Positions 48,491 through 58,848 of a DNA stretch of 64,000 bases are shown here, piece after piece. The translations under genes were made by a program, and so were the position numbers. The notes below the pieces were generated by a model. That model saw nothing but the letters and a program-made list of their open reading frames with translations, searched no databases and was not told the origin of the DNA. The stretch's first letter is position 1. Each line of letters opens with the position of its first letter. This DNA is from Candidatus Methylacidiphilales bacterium (GTDB lineage Bacteria > Verrucomicrobiota > Verrucomicrobiia > Methylacidiphilales > Verrucolacustridaceae). The stretch is from assembly GCA_044358595.1 (NCBI GenBank), contig JBIKNP010000009.1, positions 8,433 to 72,432 on the forward strand, in the 5' to 3' direction.

Positions 48491-49033
48491 ATGGAGAATA
48501 ATATAACCGATGCAAGTGGCCCGACGCCCGAGTTCGTCCAGCTCTTGACGGCATCGCAAAGCGCTTTGTACGCCTTCATCGTGTCGCTTTTGGGTGGAGT
48601 GAACGACGCCCACGACGTGCTTCAAGAAGCAAACATGAAACTATGTCGGAAATGTGCCGAGTATGATCCGAACCAGCCTTTCCTGCGCTGGGCCTACGCA
48701 TTTGCCCGTTTTGAGGTCATGGCGTGCCGGAAGCGCAACCAGCGGTCGCGCTTGGTTCTGGACGATGCCTTGTTGGCTACCTTTGCCGACGAACTCGAGG
48801 GAACCTCCGAAGACGCGGATCAGCGGTTGAAAGTGCTGGAAACCTGCATGGAGCGCATGACCCCTCGGCAGCGCGAACTCATCGCTGCGCGTTACGGTCG
48901 GGGTGAGGCGGTGCAGGATATCGCGAGCCGTCTTTCCTCATCGGAGAATGCGATGGCTGCCCTCTTTTACCGGTTGCGCAAAATGCTGGCCGACTGCGTG
49001 CAGTCAGTGATCGGTAACAAGGTGAGGGCATGA
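48491..49033 (+). CDS. ECF RNA polymerase sigma-70 factor (Planctomycete/Verrucomicrobia type)
   Basis: FVQLLTASQSALYAFIVSLL, DAHDVLQEANM, FLRWAYAFARFEV, region 4 LIAARY..LFYRLRKMLADCV. Confidence 0.93.
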   Translation: MENNITDASGPTPEFVQLLTASQSALYAFIVSLLGGVNDAHDVLQEANMKLCRKCAEYDPNQPFLRWAYAFARFEVMACRKRNQRSRLVLDDALLATFADELEGTSEDADQRLKVLETCMERMTPRQRELIAARYGRGEAVQDIASRLSSSENAMAALFYRLRKMLADCVQSVIGNKVRA

Positions 49034-50424
49034 GTAAGGAGTCATTCGAGCACCTGTGCCAGGCAGTCCTGGAGGGCACGGCCGACGAGGTGCAACTCGA
49101 ACAGTTCCGCGCGCACTTGCGCGCCGATGCGGTGCAGCGCAAGGCTTACCTCGACCAGACACAGATGCATGCCCTGCTTACTTGGCAACAGGGGCGCGCG
49201 GCCATCCCTGAGCTTGCCCTTCTCTCTCCGACGAATGTAGCTCCCCAACCGAAGATTCGCACCTTCCGCTCCCGCAGGACATCCCCCCTCCTTCAGGCGG
49301 CACTCGCAGCAGCAGTCCTTCTGATGGTGGGATTCGCCTTTTGGCAATTTGGCGATCACGGACGCAAACCCGACTCCGTGTCCGTGGCGAAAGGGGTATC
49401 GGTTGATATCCTTGCCTCGGAGGGCTCGCCGTATCAGGTGGGTGAGCGGGTGGTGCTGGAGAAATTGCGGATGGATAGGGGTTCTTTACGGTTCCGAATC
49501 TCCTCCGGGGCGGTGGTGGACCTAGAAGGTCCCGTGATCTTGGAATTTGTGAATCCGATGCGCTTGCGGCTGTTGCTGGGCAACGTCACCATCGATGTGG
49601 GTTCGGAAGCCAAGGGGTTTGTGCTCGATACAGCGAGCGCCCTCTTGATGGATATTGGTACGCGCTTCGGGGCTTCCGTGGGGAATGACGGCAGCACCGA
49701 TGTTCTGGTGCTTGAAGGTGAGGTTGAAGTTTACCGGGCTGGGGAACTACCTACACAGAAAAGCCGACTCGCGAGTCTTTATGAGGGGGAGGCGGCGCGG
49801 ATGGCGAATCGGGAAGCTAAAATCCAGCGCTTGCAAGCGTTGGCTTTACAGGGTGATCGCTTGGCGATTCGGGGCTTGAACGCCCCTGATTCGGAGGTGA
49901 TCACGGGTGTCACGGACAATATCAAGAAAGCAAACTTTTACCGGTGCTATACGATCACACCGGGTGGTATGGGGGAGGGTGCGCTGGCTTCCCTCGTTCA
50001 TCGCGGGCACCGCAACCTCACTTGGCGCGCCATGCCCGACCAGCTTTTCCCGGCAGAATTGGAAGGAGCCGATGTGATCGGGACCTTTCAACGTCAATCG
50101 ATCCACCAACCACTGCCCGACATTAATCTCGAACTGTCCCGTCCCTGTGCGGTTTACGTTTTATTCGATAGTCGGGCGGAGCCGCCCGAGTGGTTGCGGC
50201 AGGGCTTTCGGGACACTGGGTTACGCTTGCGTAGTGGTCCGTGGTGGCCGGACCTGTTTGAAACGAAAAAGCTTATGCCGGATGCGAATGGTGAGCTCTA
50301 TGTCGTGCATTCTGTCTGGCGCAAGGACGTGCCGGGCTCTGCCACGGTGACACTCGGTGCGCCTACAATTGTAAGCGAGAAATATCGCTACGCCATGTAT
50401 GGCATTGCCGTGAAGCCGCTCTAA
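49030..50424 (+). CDS. FecR-like transmembrane anti-sigma factor with extracytoplasmic sensor domain
   Basis: ATGA overlap with sigma; N-terminal helical anti-sigma domain, TM LLQAALAAAVLLMVGFAFW, FecR core SGAVVDLEGP..DIGTRFG..VLEGEVEV, extra C-terminal domain. Confidence 0.88.
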   Translation: MSKESFEHLCQAVLEGTADEVQLEQFRAHLRADAVQRKAYLDQTQMHALLTWQQGRAAIPELALLSPTNVAPQPKIRTFRSRRTSPLLQAALAAAVLLMVGFAFWQFGDHGRKPDSVSVAKGVSVDILASEGSPYQVGERVVLEKLRMDRGSLRFRISSGAVVDLEGPVILEFVNPMRLRLLLGNVTIDVGSEAKGFVLDTASALLMDIGTRFGASVGNDGSTDVLVLEGEVEVYRAGELPTQKSRLASLYEGEAARMANREAKIQRLQALALQGDRLAIRGLNAPDSEVITGVTDNIKKANFYRCYTITPGGMGEGALASLVHRGHRNLTWRAMPDQLFPAELEGADVIGTFQRQSIHQPLPDINLELSRPCAVYVLFDSRAEPPEWLRQGFRDTGLRLRSGPWWPDLFETKKLMPDANGELYVVHSVWRKDVPGSATVTLGAPTIVSEKYRYAMYGIAVKPL

Positions 50425-50511
50425 TCATCAGTGGGTTTTTTTGGGGTTAGCCCCTTGGGGCTAGGTGGCTGAGGGGTCGCCCTAGGGGGCAGGGGATGGA
50501 GGCACTTTTTT

Positions 50512-50537
50512 CGTCATAAACCGCTCCTGTGGCTGAA
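50512..50537 (+). promoter_or_regulatory. candidate ECF promoter for the PEP-CTERM gene
   Basis: CGTCATAA-N12-GCTGAA. Confidence 0.65.
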
Positions 50538-50598
50538 AATAGTAACCTCTACGTACATTCCCCAATAAACCAAAGTAACATAAATAACAAAACTAATT

Positions 50599-52641
50599 AT
50601 GAATTTAAAAAATTATAGCCAAGTTCATCGCCTCACAGCGATCGCATTCATCCTCGCGCTTGCTCTAGTCCCGACCGCTTCTGCCGCTGACGGCACATGG
50701 ACCGGTGGCACTTCGGTTACATGGGCGACTGCACAAAACTGGTCTGGCTCTATCGTTCCCGGAGGCGCCGCCGCGAATTCTGACTTAGCAACCTTCAATT
50801 CCGGTGCTTACTCGTTCGCACCGACTGCAGTGGACAATTATTTTATCGGTGGCTTGATTTTCGGCAGCTCCAGCGGCGCCATTACGATCACGACGGGGGC
50901 CGGAAACAATCGCCTGAACGTAGGGTCCGGCGGGATTCAGGTGGATGATAGTTCGGGCGCGGTGTCCATCGGGGCTTCAGGTGTCACTACGCAGGGGGCA
51001 AGCATCATCGCCAATCAGAACTGGGCCAACAATTCGAGCAGTCTGCTGACAGTCAATCGTGTGTCGGTCGATAATAGCTCGTCAGCAGGCACCTACACAC
51101 TGACGATTAATGGATCAGGGTCCGGCGGGGTGAATTTGAATACCATCGGTGACGTAAACGGTGGGGCCGACCCCACGCGCTTGTTCGCCTTGCAAATCAA
51201 CTCGACTGGTGGAAATACCACGATCTCCACGGGCAACAATTTTACCGGTGGCACCACGCTGACCCAAGGCAACCTGCTGCTCGGTGCCAACACCGCACTA
51301 GGAACAGGCATCCTCGCCCTCAACGGCGGCAAGATTTCCTCCAGTACAACTGGTGCTCAGGGCCCTGCCAACAACACCACCATCGGCGGTAACGTCGCCC
51401 TTGGCGACGCGGTAAATAACGGCAAGCTGACTTTTAGCGGAACCATGGGCCTCGGCGGAGACAGCCGCACACTCACCACGGATTCCTCGGTGGAATTTAG
51501 CGGCGTGGTCAGCAACGGTGGAATCACCAAGCAAGGCGCAAGCACGCTGACTTTCCTCGGTGCCAGCGCCAACACCTACACCGGCACCACCACCGTCAAC
51601 CACGGAACCTTGGTTCTAGCAAAGACAGCCGGCGTGAACGCCATCGCGGGTGGCCTCACGATCGGGGATGGGACGAATAGCGACACGGTCAATCTCGGAG
51701 CCAGTGATCAGATTGCCGATACCGTTGTCGTCAACATGATTGGCACCGCAAGCGGGCAACGAGGAAACTTCCAACTCCTTGGATTCAACGAGACGATTGG
51801 CGGCTTGAGTGGTGGCGGCCAAGTTCAAAACGCGAGTTCAACCGCCGACAGCGTTCTCACGCTCAATGTTGCCAACGCCACGACGCAGACTTCCAGCGCT
51901 GTGCTTCGCAATACCGGCGGAAGCACGACCGGCAGCCTTTCCATCGTCAAAACGGGCGGCGGCACCCAGATCCTCGGCGGTAACATGACCTACACCGGCG
52001 TCACTAGCATCAACCAAGGTACATTGGCGGTGACCGGATCCCTCTTGAATACTGGAACCGTGTTGGTGAACAACGGAGGTAGCTTAAGTGGATCGGGATC
52101 GGTGGGTGCGGTCACGCTCGCCAGCGGTTCAGTCCTAAGGCCTGGGAACAGTCCTGGGACCTTGACGGCCGCTTCCTCTATTTGGCAGGCGGGGTCGACC
52201 TACAGTTGGGAGATCGACAATGCGACTGGATTGGCCGGAACGAACTGGGATGTGTTCTCAGTGACTGGGGCGTTGGATATGAGTGCTCTTAGTAGTTCCA
52301 GTGCCAGTACGAAAATGAACTTGGTTTTGAATAGTCTTTCGCTGGCCAGCTTCGATACTTCCCCAACATACACTTGGGTTATCGCCAAGGCGGCTTCCTT
52401 GGGTGGAATCAGTGACGGGGTCCAAGACTTAACAGGTTTGTTTAATATAGATACGGCCAACTTTAATGGTGGCTTACCAGCCAATCTGCCGACGGGTGGA
52501 TTTCAGGTTGTCACAGGGACAGAGGGCAGCCTGCGTACTCTCAACCTGATGGCCATTCCTGAGCCCTCTACCGGCACCTTACTAGGCTTTGGCTTGGGTG
52601 GGTTGGTGTTGACTCGGTTACTGCGTCGGAAGCAGAGCTGA
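50599..52641 (+). CDS. PEP-CTERM surface protein with autotransporter-associated beta-strand repeats
   Basis: Signal peptide; NNFTGGTTLTQGNL, ITKQGASTLTF..NTYTGTTTVNHGTL, IVKTGGGTQILGGNMTYTG; C-terminal AIPEPSTGTLLGFGLGGLVLTRLLRRK. Confidence 0.92.
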   Translation: MNLKNYSQVHRLTAIAFILALALVPTASAADGTWTGGTSVTWATAQNWSGSIVPGGAAANSDLATFNSGAYSFAPTAVDNYFIGGLIFGSSSGAITITTGAGNNRLNVGSGGIQVDDSSGAVSIGASGVTTQGASIIANQNWANNSSSLLTVNRVSVDNSSSAGTYTLTINGSGSGGVNLNTIGDVNGGADPTRLFALQINSTGGNTTISTGNNFTGGTTLTQGNLLLGANTALGTGILALNGGKISSSTTGAQGPANNTTIGGNVALGDAVNNGKLTFSGTMGLGGDSRTLTTDSSVEFSGVVSNGGITKQGASTLTFLGASANTYTGTTTVNHGTLVLAKTAGVNAIAGGLTIGDGTNSDTVNLGASDQIADTVVVNMIGTASGQRGNFQLLGFNETIGGLSGGGQVQNASSTADSVLTLNVANATTQTSSAVLRNTGGSTTGSLSIVKTGGGTQILGGNMTYTGVTSINQGTLAVTGSLLNTGTVLVNNGGSLSGSGSVGAVTLASGSVLRPGNSPGTLTAASSIWQAGSTYSWEIDNATGLAGTNWDVFSVTGALDMSALSSSSASTKMNLVLNSLSLASFDTSPTYTWVIAKAASLGGISDGVQDLTGLFNIDTANFNGGLPANLPTGGFQVVTGTEGSLRTLNLMAIPEPSTGTLLGFGLGGLVLTRLLRRKQS

Positions 52642-52790
52642 ACCGACCGCACGTAAAAGATATCTGGAAGGGACTACGCTTCGGTGTGGTTTGGAGAGCC
52701 ACTTACGCGCGAATCCTAACCTCGGCGGAGACATTTTCACACTGACAAGGACGGGGAAGGGGGTTGTATGGCGAGGGTGTGAACTTTTCC

Positions 52791-52816
52791 CGTCATAATC
52801 TGCACTTTCGGCTGAA
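52791..52816 (+). promoter_or_regulatory. candidate ECF promoter for the pilin-like/glycosidase unit
   Basis: CGTCATAA-N12-GCTGAA. Confidence 0.65.
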
Positions 52817-52916
52817 AGTTAGCTTAGAGTTTTTGCTACCTGCTGATGCTAGGTGACTCACTCTAGATCCCATCAAAAGACCCAAACAGTATATTATCGA
52901 AAAAACAGATTTCTCT

Positions 52917-53183
52917 ATGCCAAGCAAAAGACGACTTTCAGATGCTTTCACTCTCGTCGAATTGCCCGTTGTTATAGCGATTATTGGTCTGCTAGCTGGC
53001 CTCGTCGTTCCTGTCATGGGTAAGGCCCGTGAATCGTCAGGCGACTGGGCCAAATGCATGTCTAACATGCGTCAAATTAGCTCCGTCTATCAAAAAGACG
53101 TGGAAATTTACAAAAAGCTGAGCTGTTCAAAAGCATTGGTCGCCCTAGGTGACAGTAAGGGGTCGGATCAGAATGCGGAATGA
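52917..53183 (+). pseudogene. truncated prepilin-type N-terminal cleavage/methylation protein (DUF1559/H-X9-DG-like), probably decayed
   Basis: DAFTLVELPVVIAIIGLLAGLVVPVMGKARES..CMSNMRQI; Pro in the pilin helix; only 88 aa; triple stop TGATGATAA. Confidence 0.6.
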
Positions 53184-53370
53184 TGATAACCCGCACAATG
53201 GGTCAGTATCAGGGATTTAGGCTCATCCGACATTCTTTGGATCATAAGAAATAAAACCGAACCCTTTTCCAAATTCCTCAGTTTAATCCTATATGAATAC
53301 ACAACCCACCTACCGTGGCACTCTGTTCCTAGTGGGCAAGGGACATTTGCATCAGAAAAAGTTTTAATTT

Positions 53371-55212
53371 ATGAAACAAACCGCTTTGAGTCTAATGTCG
53401 GCGAGCCTGTTGTATGCCGGGTCGTTGTCGTTTGCTGTCCAGCCGACCTGGCCGGATATTACGATTCAGGTTCAAGCCGGCCAGCCGGTCGAGACGGCAC
53501 AAACCGTGACGGATGAGGCGGACGGTTTTCAGCGTGTGGCCATCACCCTCTCCAACAAAGGCTCTCAGCCGCTGGCAATCGAGAGGATTAATATCCGCAT
53601 CCCTCTGGCCGAAAAACTGACTAGTGATCTTGAGATTCTTTACGGTGGAAGTTGTATGGGGCGCACGCCCATCTTACGCCAGAACGTGGGCGCGGCGACC
53701 GCGAAAAGCTCCAGCCACATGTTTGAAATGGTGCGACTGGCGGACGGTAAGTATCTCTTCGCTGGGGCGCTCTCTTGGCGCATCTTCCTACCAAACTTCA
53801 CGATCAAGGACGGCGCGATCGTGATCTGGTCTGACGGCGAGGGGCGGCAACTCAAACCGGGTGAGACGATTTCGTATGAGCAAATTGTCCTCAAGCGTGG
53901 CGACGATTGGCTGATGACTCTCGACCAATTCGGCACCGCCATCGCAGGGGAGAACGGCATCAAGAAACTGAAGCCTGCCGATTTCAAAGGTTGGGCCACA
54001 TGGGATTACTATGGCCGAGTTTTTACCGCCAAGGATATCTACGGCAACATGGATGTGCTTAAAAAAATCGCCCCCGAGGCGAACATAGTCCAGATCGACG
54101 GTGGCTGGTGGACCGAGCGCGGCGATTACCAGAGCGTACGCCCCAATCTTCTGCCCGGCGGCATCAAGGAGATCATCTCCCGTGTCACTTCTGAGGGGAA
54201 AATCCCCGGCATCCACTTCGACGGCTTTCGGGGCGATGAGAATTCTGAGATCTACAAAGCCCACCCCGAATATTTCCTGCACGATCTGGACGGCAAGTTG
54301 ATCGTTGAGGTGAATAACAAGGGGGACAAGGTGATGAGGTATATTTACTTCGATTACTCACATCCCGGCGCGCGGGCGCATATCGCCGATTGCATCAAGA
54401 ACATGAAGGACAATTGGGGCATTCGTTATTTCAAGGTGGACTTCATGCGGTACGGCTTGAAGAACGACACTCTGGCTAAGAATAAAAAGGCCAAAGGGAT
54501 CAAAGCCTTCGACCCGACGATCACCAGTGTGGAGCGTTTCCGTCTCGCGATGAAAACCATGCGCGATGCCATGGGGCCGGACACCTATTTTCTGGGTTGC
54601 TCAGCGGTCTTCGGACCCTGCATCGGATTCGTGGACGGGATGCGCACTGGCGGCGACATCCACCCAAGATACGGGGCCTTTCCCGAACGCTCGCTGGCCA
54701 ATCTCGGTAACTTCTATTTGAACGGCAAGGTGTGGAATGGCGATGCCGACTATCTCGTTTTCCGCGAGGCGGCCGATGAAGATGCGACGGTTTCCCAGGA
54801 GGACGTCAAACACGGCGGCAGTATGACGCTCAACGAGGCGCAAATGTGGGCGGACTTCAACAAGCTTTACGGCACAGCTCGACTAAGCAGTGATAACCTG
54901 ATGACGCTCAGGCCAGAACGGCAGGCATTGGTGAAAGAAGTGTTGCAGTATCCAGCGATGGACGAGACCGTGCCGCTGGATCTCTGGCAGCATAGCAAGA
55001 ACAAGGGCGACGGCTTCGATCTGGTGCTCGCTCGTAAAGGTGAGGGGGTCTACCTCGGAGTCTTCAACTGGGGCGAAAAGCCCAAGGAGTATGCACTGCA
55101 AGCCTTCGGCAAGGCTGAGCCTGTCAAATTGGACGGACGTCATTCGATCATCTTGAAATACGACGGTAAGGACTCTTTCGCGCAACTTTGTGCGAAGATG
55201 AAATCCAAATGA
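53371..55212 (+). CDS. secreted clan GH-D (GH36/GH27-like) alpha-galactosidase-type glycosidase
   Basis: Signal peptide; GWATWDYY, QIDGGW, YFDYSHP, YFKVDF (nucleophile), MRTGGDI (acid/base). Confidence 0.8.
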   Translation: MKQTALSLMSASLLYAGSLSFAVQPTWPDITIQVQAGQPVETAQTVTDEADGFQRVAITLSNKGSQPLAIERINIRIPLAEKLTSDLEILYGGSCMGRTPILRQNVGAATAKSSSHMFEMVRLADGKYLFAGALSWRIFLPNFTIKDGAIVIWSDGEGRQLKPGETISYEQIVLKRGDDWLMTLDQFGTAIAGENGIKKLKPADFKGWATWDYYGRVFTAKDIYGNMDVLKKIAPEANIVQIDGGWWTERGDYQSVRPNLLPGGIKEIISRVTSEGKIPGIHFDGFRGDENSEIYKAHPEYFLHDLDGKLIVEVNNKGDKVMRYIYFDYSHPGARAHIADCIKNMKDNWGIRYFKVDFMRYGLKNDTLAKNKKAKGIKAFDPTITSVERFRLAMKTMRDAMGPDTYFLGCSAVFGPCIGFVDGMRTGGDIHPRYGAFPERSLANLGNFYLNGKVWNGDADYLVFREAADEDATVSQEDVKHGGSMTLNEAQMWADFNKLYGTARLSSDNLMTLRPERQALVKEVLQYPAMDETVPLDLWQHSKNKGDGFDLVLARKGEGVYLGVFNWGEKPKEYALQAFGKAEPVKLDGRHSIILKYDGKDSFAQLCAKMKSK

Positions 55213-56786
55213 GTAGCGCCTCTGACAAAACCCTCCTCTTAAGAAAAAGGGCCCTACTTGGTCCATTGGCTGCGATGTCCTGCGTTTGGCTGTTCATGGG
55301 GATCGGGCTTTTATCTGGCGAACCAGTTTCGGTTGGTGGTAACGAAGCGAAGACTCGGTTCCTTTTCGAACAGGGTTCGCTGGTGATGACGGCTGAAGCG
55401 TTACGCGACGCGAACGGAAGCTTTTCCTTTTCTCAATTACCGAACCCCAAGCCCAAGTGTAATATGGAGCTGAAGGGGGATGTGACCCCGTTGACTGCGC
55501 GCATGTTGAAAATCGCCCTCGATGACGTGGAGCATAACATGGTTACCAGTGAGTCGGGCGCGGTTTACTTTGGTGCCGGTAATAAGTACGGCTTGCGCAT
55601 CTACGAGCGTGATATCGCAGTTTCCGGGGTTCTGGGCCTTAACCATCTTTATCCGGAAGTGATGCTTTCGTCGCTCAAGGTGGCTCGTGAAATACGCAAG
55701 GAGCTGGGCTACAAAGTCTCCGCACCACACGTGGTTCAGGAGATTGATGTCCCTTGGGAAGTGATTGCCCAGGCGGACAAGGCGATCATGGAGAAATACC
55801 GGACCAACTCTTACACCCGCCGCACCGATGATGTGGCCTGGCTCTGGGCGGTGGACGATCTCTTCATGCTTCATCCGGAGAACGCTGAGTGGAAATGGAT
55901 GGTTGAAAATGGCGATTATTTTTTCAATGTCTTCTATGATCCTTGGTTCGATAAGACCGACGGCCTTTTTCGCGGTCAGCCGCTTTTTCACGACATCCAA
56001 AGCTCCGCTTATCCGAAAGGGATGAGTATTGCCGATTGCGTACTACTCAAAGCTCTCTCAACAAACTGCCTCTACTATCGCGGTATGCAGGCCATGGCTA
56101 AGGCCTGCGAAAAAAGCGGCCGGCCAGCCGGGGAAAAACAGCACTGGATGGATCGTGCCTCCGCCCTCAAGGTCGCCATCCAAAAGGAATTCACCCAGCC
56201 CGACGGCACACTTGCCTATTACAAAGATCGCCATGGCAAAAGCATGCTGAACCGCGAGATTCTAGGAACTGCTTTCGCGGCCATCTTCGGAATTGTGGAG
56301 GGCGACGCCGCGAAAGCGGCCTTGGCGGATTATCCTATGACCGACAAGGGCATCCCGCTCTTTTCGCCGTTCATTCCCGGTAACTCCGGGCCACACAACA
56401 TGGCAAGCTGGCCGTTCTGTGACACCTTCTTCCTGCGGGGAAAATCCATCGCCGATGGGAAAGACTACACCGACTATAACGCCGCGCTGCTGGCCCGATC
56501 GATTGGCACCACCATCAAGTCCAAAAAGGGGAGGGAGGGCAAGGCGGAGGTGGATGGCTTTGGATCCTTCCATGAATACATCACCCTCCCGGACGGGCTG
56601 ATTACTGGGTCAGGACGTCAACTTTGGTCCGCCGCCGCCTTTCTCAACGTCTGCATTCGATCCGGACTCCCTCCCGAAAAACGGGTAGGGCAGGCAAACA
56701 CAACCAAAAACAAAAGGGAAAGTAGTATTCAGAGAGAGCTGAACGTGAAGAGTAAATCGCTCACCGGAAGCCTCCTTAACTCCTAA
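55209..56786 (+). CDS. secreted six-hairpin (alpha/alpha)6 glycosidase-like protein (GH63/amylo-alpha-1,6-glucosidase-like)
   Basis: FGAG..IYERD, TDDVAWLWAV, KALSTNCLYY, WPF, FHEY, SGRQLWSAA; ATGA overlap with the GH36-like gene. Confidence 0.65.
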   Translation: MSSASDKTLLLRKRALLGPLAAMSCVWLFMGIGLLSGEPVSVGGNEAKTRFLFEQGSLVMTAEALRDANGSFSFSQLPNPKPKCNMELKGDVTPLTARMLKIALDDVEHNMVTSESGAVYFGAGNKYGLRIYERDIAVSGVLGLNHLYPEVMLSSLKVAREIRKELGYKVSAPHVVQEIDVPWEVIAQADKAIMEKYRTNSYTRRTDDVAWLWAVDDLFMLHPENAEWKWMVENGDYFFNVFYDPWFDKTDGLFRGQPLFHDIQSSAYPKGMSIADCVLLKALSTNCLYYRGMQAMAKACEKSGRPAGEKQHWMDRASALKVAIQKEFTQPDGTLAYYKDRHGKSMLNREILGTAFAAIFGIVEGDAAKAALADYPMTDKGIPLFSPFIPGNSGPHNMASWPFCDTFFLRGKSIADGKDYTDYNAALLARSIGTTIKSKKGREGKAEVDGFGSFHEYITLPDGLITGSGRQLWSAAAFLNVCIRSGLPPEKRVGQANTTKNKRESSIQRELNVKSKSLTGSLLNS

Positions 56787-56814
56787 CAACAGTAACAAAA
56801 ACTACATACAAAAT

Positions 56815-58794
56815 ATGAAAATCAATCCTATGAAAAATACCCAATTTAACTCCTCCACCATGATGAAAATGTTGAGTCTCATCGCGCTGGTGGTTGCATG
56901 CTCGTGTTCATCCGTTCAAGCCGTGCCGCCATCGATAGCCTTTGGGGTTTGGGATCGCACCTCTACCTTCGATCCAAAGGACTACCCCTTCCTGAAGGGA
57001 TTGGCGTTTAACCAAGCATGGGCGGATCTTGAAAAACAGCCGGGTGTTTTTGATTGGAGTGCTTTGGATCAGGCCATGGATTCTGCGGTTAAAAGGAACC
57101 AGTTTATTTATCTTTCCGTTAATGTGGGACCGGACTCGCCGGAGTGGATCTATACAAAGGGTGTCCCGCGTGTGGAGACACGTAACCAGACGCACGACAG
57201 CTGGCCATCTTATCCCTTCTATCCTTCGCCCGAATACAAATCGTTTTTACAAAAAATGATCACCGAATTTGCGAAACATATTCGCACTTATCCAAAAGAG
57301 AAGCAGGAGCGCATCGCTTTCATTCAGGTCAAGACTGGGTGCACCGGTGATGAGTGCGCTTACAAGGGTACTGTTGTGGAGAATAAGTATGACTTGCCCA
57401 CCAAGTCCCCCGCCTGGCGGGAGTTCCGGCTGTGGCAGTTTGATTTGTTTGTGAAGACCTTCCAGGGCGGTTCTGACCAGCCTCAGATTGCCCTCATGTT
57501 TAACAATGTGGAGCCGGATGGCGAAGAGACGGCCGAGGGTAAGAATGGTGGAAAGGGGGAGGGGAAGGGCGAGGGTGGATTTATCGAAGAGTGGAAATGG
57601 GTCACAGCCAACGCCAAGGGCGGAGTTGGTGTCAAAATTGCTGGCAGCGGACGTGGTCACCACCTGAGCGGGGAGCGAACCAAGATCGAGACATGGGAAC
57701 CCCTTCTCATCGCTTCGCAGGGCACTCCCTTGTTTGCCCGGTCTGAAATGGACCAAACTTGGCAAAAGGCCATGTATTTTGTGAATCGGCCACTCAACTT
57801 CTACTGGGGTGCCCTCACAGGTCTGCAAAACGGGCAAAGCATCTGGGATGTCAGCGCTGGCGCCATGGAAGCCTGCAAGGAACAGGGTTTTGACTACTCC
57901 TTCTATTTCTTTGATCGCTATGCAGGACAAATTGACCCGAAGACAGCTACCGATGTCTTCTGCGCTTTACACAAAGGGCTGGATGCTGCCGATACCAAGG
58001 CCTATCCCGAGGCCGAGTTCGGGGCTGCCCAGCGCAAGAACGTGGACCGTATGCTGAAAATTTGCGCTGCCTACGCCAAGTATGGGGCGGCGGTGGACGA
58101 CCAGAATGGTCTACTGCTCGGGCAAGTCCGGCAACGAGACACGCAAACGGGATTGAACGATGTGGGTTGGGATATCTGGCCAGACAACTATGGTCGCTTT
58201 CTTTATCAGATCGATTCCGACGCCACGTCGGTTCCGCTCTGGCGCGTGGGGGGGCCGATCACGCAGATGTCCTCCATCTACTCCCGCTTTGCCCGCGGCT
58301 TCGAGCACGCCTCAGGCAAAGACACTATGTTTTTCAAGCTGCACGAGGGCTTCTCCGAGGGTAATGAACCGAAGGTCATGACGATGACCGTCGTCTGGTA
58401 TGACGGGACGGCAGGCTCGACTTGGAAGTTGGATTACGACGCTGGCAAGGGGGGCATGAAGACGGCGCTGAACGTCACTGGGAAAGGTGACAAGCAGTGG
58501 CATCATGAAACGGTTACAGTCGAGGATGCCGTGCTGCGTCAGGGTGGAACCAAGGGCGCGGACTTCGCCCTAGTGAACACCGATGACAAGGACGACATCT
58601 TCAGCCTGATCGAAGTTCATCGCGGCAAACTAGAAACACCCATCCTATTGCCTCCGACGAGTTACAAGGTGCCCGACAAAGCACCGAAGGGGCCTAAAGC
58701 CGATAAGGGCGATAAGGGCGATAAGGCTGGCAAGTCTGGCAAAGAGAAAAAGGGAAAAGGGAAGAAGTCTGACGAAGACGCAACGCAGGAATAA
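56815..58794 (+). CDS. secreted putative TIM-barrel glycan-active enzyme, paralog 1, with C-terminal beta-sandwich and Lys-rich tail
   Basis: Signal peptide; WADLEKQPGVFDWSALD (GH35/42-like start), TGCTGDE, RGHHLS, SEMDQTW. Confidence 0.65.
   Translation: MKINPMKNTQFNSSTMMKMLSLIALVVACSCSSVQAVPPSIAFGVWDRTSTFDPKDYPFLKGLAFNQAWADLEKQPGVFDWSALDQAMDSAVKRNQFIYLSVNVGPDSPEWIYTKGVPRVETRNQTHDSWPSYPFYPSPEYKSFLQKMITEFAKHIRTYPKEKQERIAFIQVKTGCTGDECAYKGTVVENKYDLPTKSPAWREFRLWQFDLFVKTFQGGSDQPQIALMFNNVEPDGEETAEGKNGGKGEGKGEGGFIEEWKWVTANAKGGVGVKIAGSGRGHHLSGERTKIETWEPLLIASQGTPLFARSEMDQTWQKAMYFVNRPLNFYWGALTGLQNGQSIWDVSAGAMEACKEQGFDYSFYFFDRYAGQIDPKTATDVFCALHKGLDAADTKAYPEAEFGAAQRKNVDRMLKICAAYAKYGAAVDDQNGLLLGQVRQRDTQTGLNDVGWDIWPDNYGRFLYQIDSDATSVPLWRVGGPITQMSSIYSRFARGFEHASGKDTMFFKLHEGFSEGNEPKVMTMTVVWYDGTAGSTWKLDYDAGKGGMKTALNVTGKGDKQWHHETVTVEDAVLRQGGTKGADFALVNTDDKDDIFSLIEVHRGKLETPILLPPTSYKVPDKAPKGPKADKGDKGDKAGKSGKEKKGKGKKSDEDATQE
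58276..58631 (+). repeat. near-identical copy of 60283-60638 (3' domain of paralogs 1 and 2)
   Basis: By-eye alignment shows long identical runs with mostly third-position differences. Confidence 0.85.
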
Positions 58795-58848
58795 GCCGAT
58801 CCTGCTAGATTTGCGGTCGCAACAGATAACGACATCGCAAAAAGTTTA

